A DNA stretch of 64,000 nucleotides from Octopus vulgaris (lineage: Eukaryota), in assembly GCA_951406725.2 (NCBI GenBank), contig OX597819.1, positions 83,390,001 to 83,454,000 on the forward strand, written 5' to 3'. Numbering within the stretch: position 1 is the first letter of the stretch; each line of letters opens with the position of its first letter. A program made the translations under genes and the position numbers. Below the pieces are notes generated by a model. The model had not been told where the DNA came from. It saw only the letters and a program-made list of their open reading frames with translations, and did no database searches. This document shows, one piece after another, positions 1 through 13,243 of the stretch.

Positions 1-194
1 ATGTTTCTAGAGGTGAATTATTCAAACCCCAAAGAATTTCTCTCAACACATGGTTATGATGCTTCTCCACTACTTCTGCTCATGATCAGCAATGCACATA
101 TTGTTTGCCCACTAAGGGACATGCTCAACAGGTTAAAGTCAAGCAACTGACAAGCAAATTTGTGGTATTGAGCAGAATATTTGCTGTAGCCCAT
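1..194 (+). repeat. Dispersed repeat fragment; other copies at ~16940-17126 (-) and ~46190-46345 (+)
   Basis: Shared string 'ctcaacacatggttatgatgct...ctgctcatgatcag...aatttgtggtattga' recurs at 46.2 kb and as reverse complement at 17.0 kb. Confidence 0.8.
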
Positions 195-368
195 TAGTAT
201 GCCGGGTGAAAGGCTTAGTAGTATTTCGTCTGCTGCTATGTTCTGTGTTCAAATTCTGCTTAGGTCAGTTTTACCTTTCATCCTTTCAGAGTCAATAAAT
301 TAAGTACCAGTTGAGTACTGGGGTCAATGTAATCGACTATTTCAGGCCTTGTGCCTATTGTAAGAAGG
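195..368 (+). mobile_element. tRNA-derived SINE (family B); further copies ~44452-44570, 48158-48375, 49237-49455, 51878-52095, 59461-59672
   Basis: B-box-like 'gttcaaattc' followed by 'cctttcatcctttc...gataaattaagtaccag', seen in six places. Confidence 0.75.
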
Positions 369-394
369 ATTATTATTATCATTATTATTATTAT

Positions 395-587
395 TGTCTT
401 TGCACAGCTTCTAATGCCAGTGATGTACTATGGTGTCAGCTGTTCACTACCAGTGAACTAAGGTACCACCCCTTATTTTTTGAGCACCATCCAGAGAATT
501 CAAGCAGTCCCAATCAGTGCTCTTTTCTACAAGTGCTCAACCCTTATTGCAGCTCCTATTTGTTCCATGTACTTCTCATTATTATTA
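395..587 (-). mobile_element. 5'-truncated 3' end of an R4/Dong-clade LINE inside a (TAA)n tract
   Basis: Minus strand reads ..EKYMEQIGAAIRVEHL*KRALIGTA*ILWMVLKK*, resembling the R4/Dong C-terminus (LQKTALLGTARILR); (TAA)n on both sides, the known Dong target. Confidence 0.7.
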
Positions 588-750
588 TTTTTATTATTAT
601 TATTGAGTGAGAGAGCAGTGCATGCCATCAAAGTGACACTGAAGTACAAATATAGGAAGCCCAATATACCCATCATGACTACCTGTCTGATAAGGGTACA
701 CCAGACACATGTATCATAACCATATGTGCGCGACCTACTGATCTTATATA

Positions 751-830
751 AAGGTGCCATGCAGTGGAACTGAACCCAGAACCATGTGGTTCATAAGCAA
801 GCTACTTACCACACAGCCACTCCTACGCCT
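751..830 (-). mobile_element. tRNA-derived SINE head (family A), partial
   Basis: Reverse complement of 'aggcgtaggagtggctgtgtggtaag...ggttcagttccactgcatggcacctt', which recurs many times in the window. Confidence 0.8.
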
Positions 831-1837
831 ATATATATTTACAAACTACAATTTTCAATTATGTTGCTTCAATAAATTGTTATGTCTTGATCTACATTAG
901 TTAAATGTACCAATCCTATCCAATTTTTGCTTTGTTACAATAGCTTTTCAGAGATGCACTTGTTTGGGCAGTGACTCCAGTTAAAATGACTTCCACTAAA
1001 TAATTGTTTCAATAAGCTATGAAACTTGTAAACATGCATCTTTTAAACAGTAACTAATTAATATGAAAATGGGTGTAGCAACTAATATCCAGATATCCAG
1101 ATAGAACAAATGGACTAATGTACTTTGTCTATTCCTTTCTGATCTATCTTATGACAAGTTATATGACAAAAGATATTATACACTCATCTCTTATCAGAGA
1201 AAGCCATATAGTTATTTATAACATCACAGAAAATCAATATAACACACTGTGGAATATATAAATTTCCTCATAAGACATGCAAGCATAAATAATCATTTAG
1301 TGTATAAACTCTATTCTATTGATTTATGTATATAAGCATATATACAACATATGCATGAAGAACACACACACTCACATACATGCACACACATATACATTTC
1401 GTATTCGGGCATGCATACAAAAATCTGATTGTATATTTGATGTTTAGTTTTTGTAGAACTAAATACATGTATTGTATATAAGAAACGGAATGTTTTGGAT
1501 ATAGTAAAACTATACAGGTTATATAAATATGTATATTTGATGTATACTAGTTTATATATATTTACACCGAAATACCCACCAACATACACACAGACACACA
1601 CACTATGGGTGTATATTTGATAAATGAATTTGGTTATTTTACTACAACATTTACTAATGTTGTATGGTAAATGAAAAAAATATAATTTCAGATATACAAT
1701 TTTCCTCTCTCAAATGCTCTATGTTTATTTTACAAGGATTTACAGCAACAAAACTACAAAGAGCAAGGCAGTTTTCTAACAGCTATAAGCTGGAAAACTT
1801 TTTGAGTTTATACTATGATGTATGTTGCTAATTGTAA

Positions 1838-2055
1838 GAGAGGGTGCTGAAAAGTTCCAGGCTTTAAGGGTGTTGCAAAAGGCCTGGTAGGAGGCCAACC
1901 CTTCTGAGTTCTTTTACAGGGCTTACAAAAACTGAAGGGCTGCTGCAATACATGTGTGAATGTGAGAGGGGAATATCTTGAATGAAGTCATAATTAACTG
2001 ATCCTCTTGTATTTTCTTTTACCCCAAGCCAGGAACTTTTCAGCACATCCTCGTA
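1838..2055 (+). mobile_element. mariner-derived MITE; related copies 21614-21789 and ~48982-49115
   Basis: TIRs 'gagggtgctgaaaagttcc(a)ggctt' / 'aagccaggaacttttcagcacatcctcgta'; the interior retains a decayed transposase C-terminus (KCV.LRGEY.E-like). Confidence 0.75.
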
Positions 2056-2211
2056 CTAGTAGTACAAATTTTAACCAATTGCTAGACATACTTCTATGAC
2101 AATCTTAAACTAATTAGGAAAGCATTTTTAATTTTGCATCTACTATTATTTATTTGTTTTTGTTTGCTTGTTTCTTTCTTTTGTTTGCAGGTTTATTAAA
2201 TAATTACTTGC

Positions 2212-2826
2212 TATGGTTGTGTGCTTAAGAAGTTTGCTTCCCAACCACATGGTCTCAGGTTCAGTCCCATTACATGGCGTCTTGCACAAGTGTCTTCTAC
2301 TGAAGCTCTGGGCCAACCAAAGCCTTGTGAATGGATTTGGTAGACCAAAACTGAAAGAAGTCCATTGTAAGCATACTGTAACAGTTGGATACACATGTAT
2401 TTCGATTTCTCCACTTTACCTTCTCCATTCTTCTCTCTCCTTGACTATCCTTTCTTTCGAAAGAAGAGTGAACACTCGAAACATAAAAGATATTTTCTTT
2501 TTTTCCCCTCGTTTCCTGAGTGTCAACCTAATACTATCTATATTTGTTTTTATTTTGTATTTTTGTGGGTGTGAGTGTGAGAGTGCATATGTTTGTGTTT
2601 CCTTATCTTGCCATTGCACAATAGTTGTAAACAAATGTCAGTATCATACAAGTAGTGTCATTCATTTTCAATATTCTGCAAAAACAAGTCTGGCCAAGGG
2701 AAATATTATCTTACTAGGAAACAACTGAGGTTTATTATAGGTAGGGCATCTGGTCATAAAAAAAACTGCCTTAATAAACTCTATCCCCAGCCAAGCAAGA
2801 ATGTAAAAACACTGATGATGATGATG
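2212..2826 (+). mobile_element. Family A SINE with RTE-type tail, interrupted by a short hammerhead-like repeat (~2405-2550)
   Basis: tRNA head plus 'cttg(gg)caagtgtcttctact' core; 3' part 'ggtagggcatctgg...' ending in (GAT)n. Confidence 0.7.
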
Positions 2827-2902
2827 TCATTGTTGTTGTTGTTGTTGTGTGTGGTGCCATTTTATGAAATATATATAAGGCTCTTACATTTTGCTTTCAT
2901 AA

Positions 2903-3373
2903 TAGGTGTAGGAGTGGCTATGTGGTAAGGATATTGCTTATGAACCACATGGTCCCGGGTTCAGTTCCACTGTGTGGCAACTTGGGCAAGTGTCTTCTAC
3001 TATAGCCTCAGGCCGACCAAAGCCTTATGAGTGGATTTGGTAGACGGAAACTGAAAGAAGCCCATCATGTGTGTGTGTGTGTGTGTGTGTGTGCATGTTT
3101 GTGTCTTCTTGTATTGACATCACATAATAATTGTAAAATGATTGTTAATGTCATACAAGCAGTATCACTCATTTCCAGTATTCTGTGAGAGCATATTTAG
3201 CCATGGGGAAATATCATCTTACTTTGAAACAGGTGAGGGTTGTTGATAGGAAAGGCTATGCAGGTAAAGAAAAATGGACTTTAAAATGATGATGATGATG
3301 ATATATACATATACACAAATACATATATACATGTGTGTGTGTATATATACACACACGCATCAATAAATATGTA

Positions 3374-3427
<54 letters not shown>

Positions 3428-3665
3428 TGTGTGTATCCTTGTCTTGATATTGTACAATAGTTGTAAATGACCCTTGCCATCAGACAAGAATGCCATTTCC
3501 AATGTTCAGTAAAAACATATCTAGCCATGAGTAGAAATTCTACTTTGCTAGGAAACATGAAAGTTTGCCAAAGGAACGGTATCTGGCTGTAAAAAATCTG
3601 CATCCAAGCATTCTGTCTGCTCCATGCAGGCATGAAGATATGAACAAAGAATATGATGATGATGA
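2903..3665 (+). mobile_element. Family A SINE followed by a second SINE tail
   Basis: Head 'taggtgtaggagtggctatgtggtaag', (TG)n tract, two successive tail segments each ending in (GAT)n. Confidence 0.75.
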
Positions 3666-5740
3666 TGGTGGTGGTGGTGGTGGTGGTGGCAATGATGATG
3701 ATGATGAGGTATTATTTATTAACATTTTTTGTAAACATCCATTATCTATCACATTGTCTATCAATAATATCTATTATTTCTAAATATGTATCAGCTATCA
3801 ATAATGTCTGTTATTTATTAACATCCATGATTTATCAAGCCCTACTCAATCCTGGTATCAATGCTAAACCATTAATAATTACACTTTTCTTAATATTTAT
3901 TTGGTTACAGGGAATTTATATCTGAAAACCAGGTATTGTCAGTAATAAAATAAATCCAACTTAGCTATAATACTGCAGGCATGATTAGCTGGGATCTGGA
4001 TTGTTTGGTCTGGCTGCATCTTGCTCCCAAATAAAATCAATTACAATATCTAGATTTTAGTAACATGTTTATTGACAGACTGAGGTTACAATAGTTAATA
4101 GTTATGTTAAGCTGTTATGCCGAATACTTACAGCTAGTGTGTGAGAGGAGAAAATGTTTAGTTTTAGTGCTTGGTAAGAGTTGGTCTTTTTACACAAAAA
4201 GAGAGGCAAAAAGAACTCTACAAGCCTCCCAAGCCCTCTGGCTCCTCTATGTTGTACTTCTTGGACATCTCAACTTTTACCTATGATTTAGCACAAAACT
4301 GCATGGAATTTTCCATTAGTCTTGCCACCACACAAATGTACCAGAGCAATGATTGACAGTAATATAAACCAAGATCACCTGATAAGGTCTGTCTCTGCCA
4401 ATTTGCTACAAGTACTCTCCTGTCAATAAGTTTTTCAAGAGACAAGCAGACAAAAAAGAAGCAAATGTGGAGGATGCATGCATTTTTGAAACCAAAAAGT
4501 GCAGAGAAAGTCAAATGTACTTAAATAGAAATATTCATTCTAAAATTGGGTGGTAAATATCATTATAGGATAAAAGAAAACTGTGTGATGTATGCATAAT
4601 GGTGGATAAAAACTGGCACAGAAAAGACATCATAGAAAGTACTCACAGAAATCAAATGCAGATCTAGAATGAGGTGCCATGGAGAAAGGTATCTGTAGCA
4701 AATTAAAACAATGCTCCTAGGTTTTATAACATGCCACCATAATCGACAATGAAATTGCAGGGTAGAAGTGCTGTCAACATGAATAAGGCAAGCAGGTAAA
4801 TGGTTATGCAAAAATATTATACATGAGATAGAGAAAAGTACATGAGTACATGAATAAAGCCTAAATTTTAAAACACAAACTAACAATACAGCAAACAAGG
4901 CAAAGAATTAAAATACAAAATGCAAAAGTGAAAGGCAAGCAACTGAAAATGAAGGCAAATAAAATGAACTGTTCACATTCAGAGACTTCAAGAATGCAGA
5001 ATGGGTGCTAAAATGCCAAGCACAAGCAAAGAGAAACAAAAGGTTCTTGTAATGCCTCTGAATGTCCAAAGAGTGAAGTAACAGCAGTTTTATGAACATC
5101 AACAAGTTCTATCAGATTCTGATTATATGTTGAACTAAGTTAATCTTTGAAAAGGTGTTACAACCTTCTAGAGAAACTGAGAAAACATGAATATGAGGAA
5201 TAGGGTTCTTATTACTGAAGACTGTGCAAGTGATATGCAGAAATTTTTTCCTTACACAGGTATCAGTGAATGATTTACTGTCTGTAACATAACTACAGTT
5301 GGCTGCTGTGTGTTGCATAAAAACTTGAAAAGTTAGGTGGTTGGCTACCATTTTTAGCGATCTGGTTGCCAATTTGTGGCTGTGTGATGATAACCAATTT
5401 GTTGTGTGAAACACTAGGCATTATCGACCAATAGTTTGGTCGAGAGGCTTACTTGTCAGGTATTACCAGGTTGTGGAATTGGTTAGCTGACATTTCTAAC
5501 ATCAATGTGGCCAGTTTGTCATTTTGGTTGAGCAGGGAGCTACCCATATATGGTATTAGTTAATTGTTGACATTGGAGTTACAAGTTTGGATGGTGTGGC
5601 AGTAGACATCACCAATTTGTAAAAGTTAGCTGTTAGTTGAGGCTAGCACACAAGGCTGAGATTTTAGTAATGTTAATTTCCAGAATGATGTTACTGTTGT
5701 TACGTTATATAAGGCCCAGGAACAGGGCCAAACCTCGTAG

Positions 5741-5833
5741 AATTCAACCTGTAATTACTGCCAAAGGCAGTCCTACTCCATATTGAAATAAATTTGTTTG
5801 AAATTTTAAGGTGTTTCCATTATTTTGTCCTAC

Positions 5834-5838
<5 letters not shown>
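5741..5838 (+). mobile_element. Isolated 3' end/TIR of the same Tc1 family as 11969-13243
   Basis: Near-identical to 13148-13243 ('gtaattactgccaaagg...aaggtgtttccattattttgtcc'). Confidence 0.85.
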
Positions 5839-5873
<35 letters not shown>

Positions 5874-6477
5874 CTTGATCACCTTGACCGACCAGTCCGC
5901 CAGGCATCCATTTGACACTGCTGGTCACAGCACACTGTCCATTCCTCTCTGGATTGCACCTTTCTCATCCATGTGATCTGTATTAGTAAAAGACACAATA
6001 AGAAGAAAAAGAAAGTTTATTTGCTCTTGTTCTTGCAAAAATGTGGAAACAATGAATTAAAATTGAAACTGAGCAGCTGATTTAGTAAAAAGAGGGACAG
6101 CTAAACAAGAGCAATAGTGTGAGAGGATGAAAAGCCAAAGAAAAGAGGTGAAGAAGGTAAAATGCCAGAAAGTTAAACAGGGAGATGGATAAGCACAAAC
6201 CTTACACAACTACATATAAAGACCCAACTACCATGATAGATTACAGTTGTGAGGCTGATAGGAATAATATCTCAAAGAACCATGCAAATATACAGCTACA
6301 ATGATAGATAAAAGTATTGTAGGGGCATAGAGGTAGCCAGGAAAGTAGACAGGAACAATGTCTCAAAAAAGATATGCATATAGATAATTTAAAATAACAA
6401 GTTGAAGTATTGTGTATCAGATGCAAACTAGCAGAATGTGGAGTGGAAACCTATATGCAAACACACAATTACATACA

Positions 6478-7014
6478 GGAGGCGGTCGAAAAAGCCAGCT
6501 TCTATATATGGCTGAAGCGGGAAGGCCAAAAATGGCTTGAAGGTCATAACATGCTGGCGGAAAATAATATCACTAGGTGAGACAAGCTGACACTGAATTA
6601 GCTTCGCTAATTGACAGATGACGGTATCGTTTAGAGAATGCGTGGGCTGAGACAACACGCCTTCATTGGTCAGTTAAAGTTGAGACAGTGTCACGTGACA
6701 ACTTGTTGAGGCTGCCTGCTGGAGCCTAGCAGCAAGTATTTAAAGGGAAAAATTTGACAAGACAGTCAGTCACCCGCTGACACTCATTGACGCAACATCA
6801 AAGAGGCCAGGGAACAGAAGAAAGATGAAGAAAGAAGACATGCACCCAACACCAGAGATGAAGACACCTCCGAAAGGGGGGACCCCACCACATCAAAATG
6901 ATAGAGGAGTAGGGGCTGAAACCGGACGTGGTTCTTCCTGATGATATCTTAAGCTAACTGGATCCTATAAAGGAGCTGTTGTGGTAGCAGACCATGAAAC
7001 ACGGTTGAAATGCC
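6478..7014 (+). mobile_element. 5'-truncated HERO/R2-group non-LTR retrotransposon (ORF end + 3' UTR) with 24-bp TSD
   Basis: Perfect direct repeat tatgcaaacacacaattacataca at 6454-6477 and 7015-7038; insert begins QEAVEKASFYIWLKREGQKW, resembling the HERO-type C-terminus. Confidence 0.7.
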
Positions 7015-7162
7015 TATGCAAACACACAATTACATACACATCAGTACACAAGCATAGTTATTTACATACTTACATATAAACACTCATGTACATTTCTTCA
7101 CATTTCTATGTTAACATAATACGGGACCAGCTGAATTGCCAGGATGGATCATCATTATCATC

Positions 7163-7195
<33 letters not shown>

Positions 7196-8419
7196 TAACA
7201 TTTGTTTTCTTTGTTGACATGAGCCAGATGGATTGACAGGATCCAGCAAGCTGCAGAGCTGTATCCAACCCCAATGACAGCTTTGGTATGGTGTCTACAG
7301 TTGGATGCCCTTCCTAATACTAACCACTTTACTAGATGATTTTTTGTTTGTTTGTTTGTTGTTTTGTGCTAGCAGCACTAGTGAGGTCAGCAAGTAATTC
7401 TCAAAAGTACAGGAAACCCCAGCTCAACTAAGTATGGGGTAGAGTATTTGAGATGGGATGGTGGTTTCATGCTAAGTGTTGGGAGGCTAAAGTAGGATAG
7501 AAGGACAAGTACAGGTGTCTTGTTCTGGAGGAGATAGATGGCTGAAGAAGGTGGCTTTATGCCAAGTGCTGAGAGGTTAAGATATGATAGAGAGACAAAC
7601 ATGGATATCATACTTCAGAGGAGATATATTATATCAAGTAATATAACAAAAATCACCTTGTTTGTACTTAGTTTGCTTTGTACTCCATTGGCTAGAAATA
7701 CAGTATCTTGTTTATCAAAAAACAAAACAAAAAAAAATCAGTAACAATATAGAGGAAGACTCAAGTAGCTGAAGAATTAAAAATTAGTGAGCAACCCATG
7801 AAATAATAATTTTCTTTCACTTTCTTTCTTTCTTTACTTTTTTTTTTTTTAAATTTAACAAGCAACTTTGTTTCTAACAAACAGACTATGAACTAGATTT
7901 TAAATTCAAACAAGGTATCTTTGTTTGTTTTTTTAAAAATATTCTGGCAAAAATAGCTGACAGCAAAAATTTTACAGTAAAAATATTCATGGCAAAAATA
8001 AATATGGTAAATTTTCCTATGGCAAAGTTGTTTACAGTAAAAATACCTGCCATGACAGTTAGCAACTGTTTCTCATTAAAAAAAAATTTTTTTTAACAAC
8101 TGGTTCACAAAAACTGGTGCATATTGGCTTCAGCTACAGTCTGCTTCTGCTACAAATGATAATGCTAGAATTACCAAGATGGAGGGGACTGCGTTACAAG
8201 GAAGAGACATTATTCATTGGCATCGTTATTATCTTTTACCTTTTTACTTGTTTCAGTTATTTGACTGTGGTCATGCTGGAGCACTGCTTTGAAGGATTTT
8301 AATCAAACAAATTAATCCCAGTATTTACTTTATTTGTTTTTAAGTCTGGGACTTATACTATTGGTCTCTTTTGCTGAACAAGTAAGTTAACAAATGTACA
8401 CACAGTATATATGTATATG

Positions 8420-8463
<44 letters not shown>

Positions 8464-8547
8464 TTATATTACATTTATATATATATATATATTATATTTA
8501 TATATATATATATATATTTATATATTAATATATTTATATATATAATT

Positions 8548-8586
<39 letters not shown>

Positions 8587-8627
8587 ATTTATATTTATAT
8601 TTATATATTAATATATTTATATATATA

Positions 8628-8691
<64 letters not shown>

Positions 8692-10905
8692 CATCATCAT
8701 CATTTAGCGTCCGTTTTCCATGCTAGCATGGGTTGGACGGTTCAACTGGGGTCTGGGGAGCCCGAAGGCTGCACCAGGCCAGTCAGATCTGGCAGTGTTT
8801 CTACAGCTGGATGCCCTTCCTAACGCCAACCACTCCGAGAGTGTAGTGGGTGATTTTATGTGCCACCGACACAGGTGCCAGTCGAGGCTGGCGAACGGCC
8901 ACGCTCGGATGGTGTTTTTATGTGCCACCGACACAGGTGCCAGTCGAGGCTGGCGAACGGCCACGCTCGGATGGTGTTTTTATGTGCCACCGACACAGGT
9001 GCCAGTCGAGGCTGGCGAACGGCCACGCTCGGATGGTGTTTTTATGTGCCACCGACACAGGTGCCAGTCGAGGCTGGCGAACGGCCTCGCTCGGATGGTG
9101 TTTTTATGTGCCACCGACACAGGTGCCAGATGAGGCTGGCGGACGGCCACGATCGGATGGTGTTTGTTACGTCCCCAAAGCACGGAGGCCAGTCTATGCG
9201 ATACTGGCTACGGCCACGTTCGGATGAATTTCTTGTGTGCCACCGGCGCTGGTACCACAAAGATACAAATTCCATTGATGTTCATCTATTTTGATTTGAT
9301 TTTCACTTGCCTCAACAGGTCTTCACAATTGTCACAAGAAGGAAGGTATGCACAGGTGGACTGACAACGTCCCAGGCAGGGGCCACGGGTTATGGCCTGA
9401 CTAGTCTTGCCGGGTCTTCGGATGGTGTTTTTATGTGCCACCGACACAGGTGCCAGATGAGGCTGGCAAACGTCCACGATCGGATGGTGTTTGTTGCGTG
9501 CCGACAGCACGGAGGCCAGTCGATGCGGCACTGGCCACGTTCGGATGGCTTTCCTGTGTGCCACCGGCCCTGGTACCACAAAGACACAAATTCCATTGAT
9601 GTTCATCTATTTTGACTTGATTTGATTTGATTTTCACTTGCCTCAACAGGTCTTCACAAGTGTCACAAGAAGGAAGGAAGGTATGCACAGGTGGACTGAC
9701 TACGTCCCAAGTAGGGGCCACGGGTTATGGCCTGACTAGTCTTGCCGGGTCTTCGGTTGGTGTTTTTATGTGCCACCGACACAGGTGCCAGATGAGGCTG
9801 GCGGACGGCCACGATCGGATGGTGTTTGTTATGTGCCCACATCACAGAGGCCAGTCGATGCGGTACTGGCTACGGCCACGTTCGGATGGTTTTCTTGTGT
9901 GCCACCGGTACTGGTACCACAAAGATACAAATTCCATTGATGTTCATCTATTTTGATTTGGTTTGATTTGATTTGATTTGATTTGATTTGATTTTCATTT
10001 TCACTTGCCTCAACAGGTCTATACAAGTGTCACACACTTGCCTCAACAGGTCTTCACAAGTGTCATAAGTAGGGAGGTATGCACAGGTGGACTGACTACG
10101 TCGCCGGGACTTCGGATGGTGTTTTTATGTGCCACCGACACAGGTGCCAGATGAGGCTGGCGAACGGCCACGATCGGATGGTTTTCTTGTGTGCCACCGG
10201 TACTGGAACCACAAAGATACAAATTCCATTGATGTTCATCTATTTTGATTTGGTTTGATTTTCACTTGCCTCAACAGGTCTTCACAAGTGTCACACACTT
10301 GCCTCAACAGGTCTCCACAAGTGTCACACCCTTGCCTCTGCCTCAACAGGTCTTCACAAAGTGTCACACACTTGCCTCTGCCTCAACAGGTCTTCACAAG
10401 TGTCACACACTTGCCTCAACAGGTCTTCACAAGTGTCATAAGAGGGAAGGTATGCACAGGTGAACTGACTACGTCGCCGGGTCTTCGGATGGTGTTTTTA
10501 TGTGCCACCGACACAGGTGCCAGATGAGGCTGGCGAACGGCCACGATCAGATGGTGTTTGTTGTGCCCACAGCACGGGGGCCAGTCGATGCGGTACTGGC
10601 TACGGCCACGTTCGGATGGTTTTCTTGTGTGCCACCGGTACTGGAACCACAAAGATACAAATTCCATTGATGTTCATCTATTTTGATTTGGTTTGATTTT
10701 CACTTGCCTCAACAGGTCTTCACAAGGGTCACACACTTGCCTCAACAGGTCTCCACAAGTGTCACACACTTGCCTCTGCCTCAACAGGTCTTCACAAGTG
10801 TCACACACTTGCCTCAACAGGTCTTCACAAGTGTCATAAGAGGGAAGGTATGCACAGGTGGACTGACTACGTCGCCGGGTCTTCGGATGGTGTCTTTATG
10901 TGCCA
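8692..10905 (-). repeat. RTE-LINE 3' end expanded into a hierarchical tandem array (62-bp, 33/39-bp and ~290-440-bp units)
   Basis: (CAT)n tail at 8692; 62-bp period (tgccaccgac at 8861, 8923, 8985, 9047, 9109); higher-order marker 'aaaga(t/c)acaaattccattg' at 9259, 9580, 9921, 10213, 10651; 33-bp unit cacttgcctcaacaggtcttcacaagtgtcaca. Confidence 0.85.
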
Positions 10906-10910
10906 TAATT

Positions 10911-10955
<45 letters not shown>

Positions 10956-10989
10956 ATATACACACCTACATGCACATACACGCACATTA

Positions 10990-11372
10990 CCAGCACTCCA
11001 TTGGTTATGATGATGAGAGTTCCAGTTGATCCGATCAACGGAACAGCCTGCTCATGAAATTAACATGCAAGTGACTGAACACTCAACAGACACATGTAGC
11101 CTTAATGCAGTTCTCGGTGAGATTCAGCGTGACACAGAGTGTGACAAGGCTGGCCCTTTGAAATACAGGTACAGCAGAAACATGAAGACAGAGTGAGAGA
11201 AAGTTGTGGTGAAAGAGTACAGTAGGGTTCTCCACCACCCCCTGCCGGAGCCACATAGAGCTTTAGGTGTTTTCACTCAATAAACATTCGCAACGCCTGG
11301 TCTGGGAATCAAAACTATGATCCTATGACTGCGGGTCCACTACTCTAACCACTGGGCCATTGCACCTCCACA
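10990..11372 (-). mobile_element. tRNA-derived SINE (family C); related copies 31766-32080 (+), 62712-63040 (+), 19231-19923, 46660-46935, 52318-52560
   Basis: Head 'tggcccagtggttag...tttgattcccagacc' (A and B boxes); body shared with the 31.8 and 62.8 kb copies. Confidence 0.8.
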
Positions 11373-11968
11373 CGCTCACATATACATATATCAATATATG
11401 CAGCTTTCAAAGAATCTTTGGTGTTATGGGTGTGATTGACCTCTCTCTCAACAATGCTCCACTTGTAATAGTTCAATGGATTGAAATCTGGAGAATTAGG
11501 AGGCCAAATGTTAGGGGTTATGTAATCATGAAAATTTTCAGCCATCCATTCTTGTGTTACTAGAGACATGTGTGATAATGCAGAGTCTTACTGAAACACA
11601 TATGGCATTCCATTGCATACACTGTCTATCCAGGGCTTAAAAATTGTTTCCAGGATCCCAGTGTAGCCAGCAGAGTTAACTCTAAGGCCTTGTGGAAAGA
11701 AGTAAGGAGGTATCACATGTCCTTCATTGCTGACAATCCCTAAAACCATGACAGTTGCAGGAAATTTTGTATACATAACACTTGGAATTTCAAAATGGTC
11801 TGCACATAACCATCTATCATTTCTTCTGTTAATTTTTTGATTTTGGTCGAAGTTCTTCTCATTTGAGAAAAACCAAATCAAACATTCTTCTGCTGGATTT
11901 TTCAGCTTAAGAACTTTTTAGATCTGATGCAGTGGTTTTCTTTTGCTCTTTCTGACAAATAAGACTTA

Positions 11969-13243
11969 CAGGGGTTGGACAAAATAATGGAAACACCTAG
12001 CATCATAGCATCATAATTTTGAAATGTTTATAAAACTGTCAAAAGCTTGTTTATTTTTATATTTTTTGATTTATTATTAGTGTTGCTTAATATGTTTTGC
12101 TAAAATTGCTGTTTCTTTTCAAGTATCATCAGAAAAAGGTAATTAAAATTCATTAAAATGACAGATCTATCAAACTTTCAAAGAAGTCTAATTGTTGGTG
12201 CTCATATGGCAGGCACTAGTGTAATGAAAGCAGCCGAAATGTTTGGTGTATCAAGAAGTACTGTCTCAAAAGTAATGACAGCCTTTGAGAAAGAGGGAAA
12301 AACATCCTCATCAAAACAAAACTCCAGATGAAAACCAAAACTTTCAGATAGGGACCATCGGACTCTTACGCGAATTGTTAAAAAGGATCACAACAGTACA
12401 GCTCTCAAAATTGCTACAGAGCTTAATGACCACCTCAAGAACCTAGTTTCCACAAAAATTATTTGCTGGGAGCTGCACAAAGCCAGATTTCATGAGAGAG
12501 CTGCAATCAGAAAACCACTACTTTCAAAAACAAATGTTACAAAGCATTTAGAGTGGAGTGAAAACCTACAGAATTGATCCCTAGAGCAGTAGAAGAATGT
12601 TACTTTCTTGGACGAGTCATCTCTTACCTTATTTCCAACCACCAGCTGAGTATACATGTGGAGACAGCCAAAAGAAGCATTTGACCCAGACTGTCTTCTT
12701 AAAACTGTTAAACATGGAGGAGGATTTGAGATGATCTGGTGGGGCCTATATCTTGGAAATCTGCCAGCCCAATGATTTCCCTTTATGGCAGAATTAATAG
12801 TCAAGACTATTTAAGCATTTTATCTGTTCAAATTCATCCTATGGTTGCGGTACTATTTCTGCAGGGAAACATAATCTTTCAGGATGATAATGCACCAATT
12901 CACACAGCTAAAGTTGTCACTGAATGGTACAAGGAATATTCTAGTGAAGTTGAACATCTTATCTGGTTACCACAGTCCCCAGATCTCAATATTATTGAAC
13001 AATTATGGTGCATTTTAGAAAAACAAGTAAGGAGTTGATATCCTACACCATCACCACTATAAGAACTGGAGACTGTTTTAGCTGAAGAATGGACAAAAAT
13101 TCCTTTGGAAACAATTCAAACTTTGTACAAGTCCATAATTTGTAGGATTCAAGCTGTAATTACTGCCAAAGGCGGTCCTACCCCATACTGAAATAAATTT
13201 GTTCGAAATTTTAAGGTGTTTCCATTATTTTGTCCAACCCCTA
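11969..13243 (+). mobile_element. Full-length Tc1-like transposon, DD36E (Incomer-type), TA-flanked
   Basis: ~30-bp TIRs caggggttggacaaaataatggaaacacct / aggtgtttccattattttgtccaacccct; TA at 11967-68 and 13244-45. Confidence 0.9.
12158..13191 (+). pseudogene. Tc1 transposase pseudogene (several stops and one frameshift)
   Basis: MTDLSNFQRSLIVGAH..FLDESS..TVKHGGG..FQDDNAPIH..WLPQSPDLNIIE..AKGGPTPY*; 36 residues between D and E. Confidence 0.9.

Noticed and set aside
7940-8052. Degenerate ~15-bp tandem (a/t)ggcaaaaa units
   Set aside because: Probably a subterminal-repeat relic of a DNA transposon; too short and degenerate to classify
8850-9250. CRISPR-like array (palindromic core plus ~35-nt spacers; also 32820-33170 and 43945-44160)
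   Set aside because: The spacers are identical or homologous to each other, the array lies in a LINE 3' UTR in eukaryotic DNA, and there are no cas genes
8704-11057. Numerous overlapping 60-144 aa ORFs
   Set aside because: By-products of stop-poor tandem repeat units, open in several frames and on both strands
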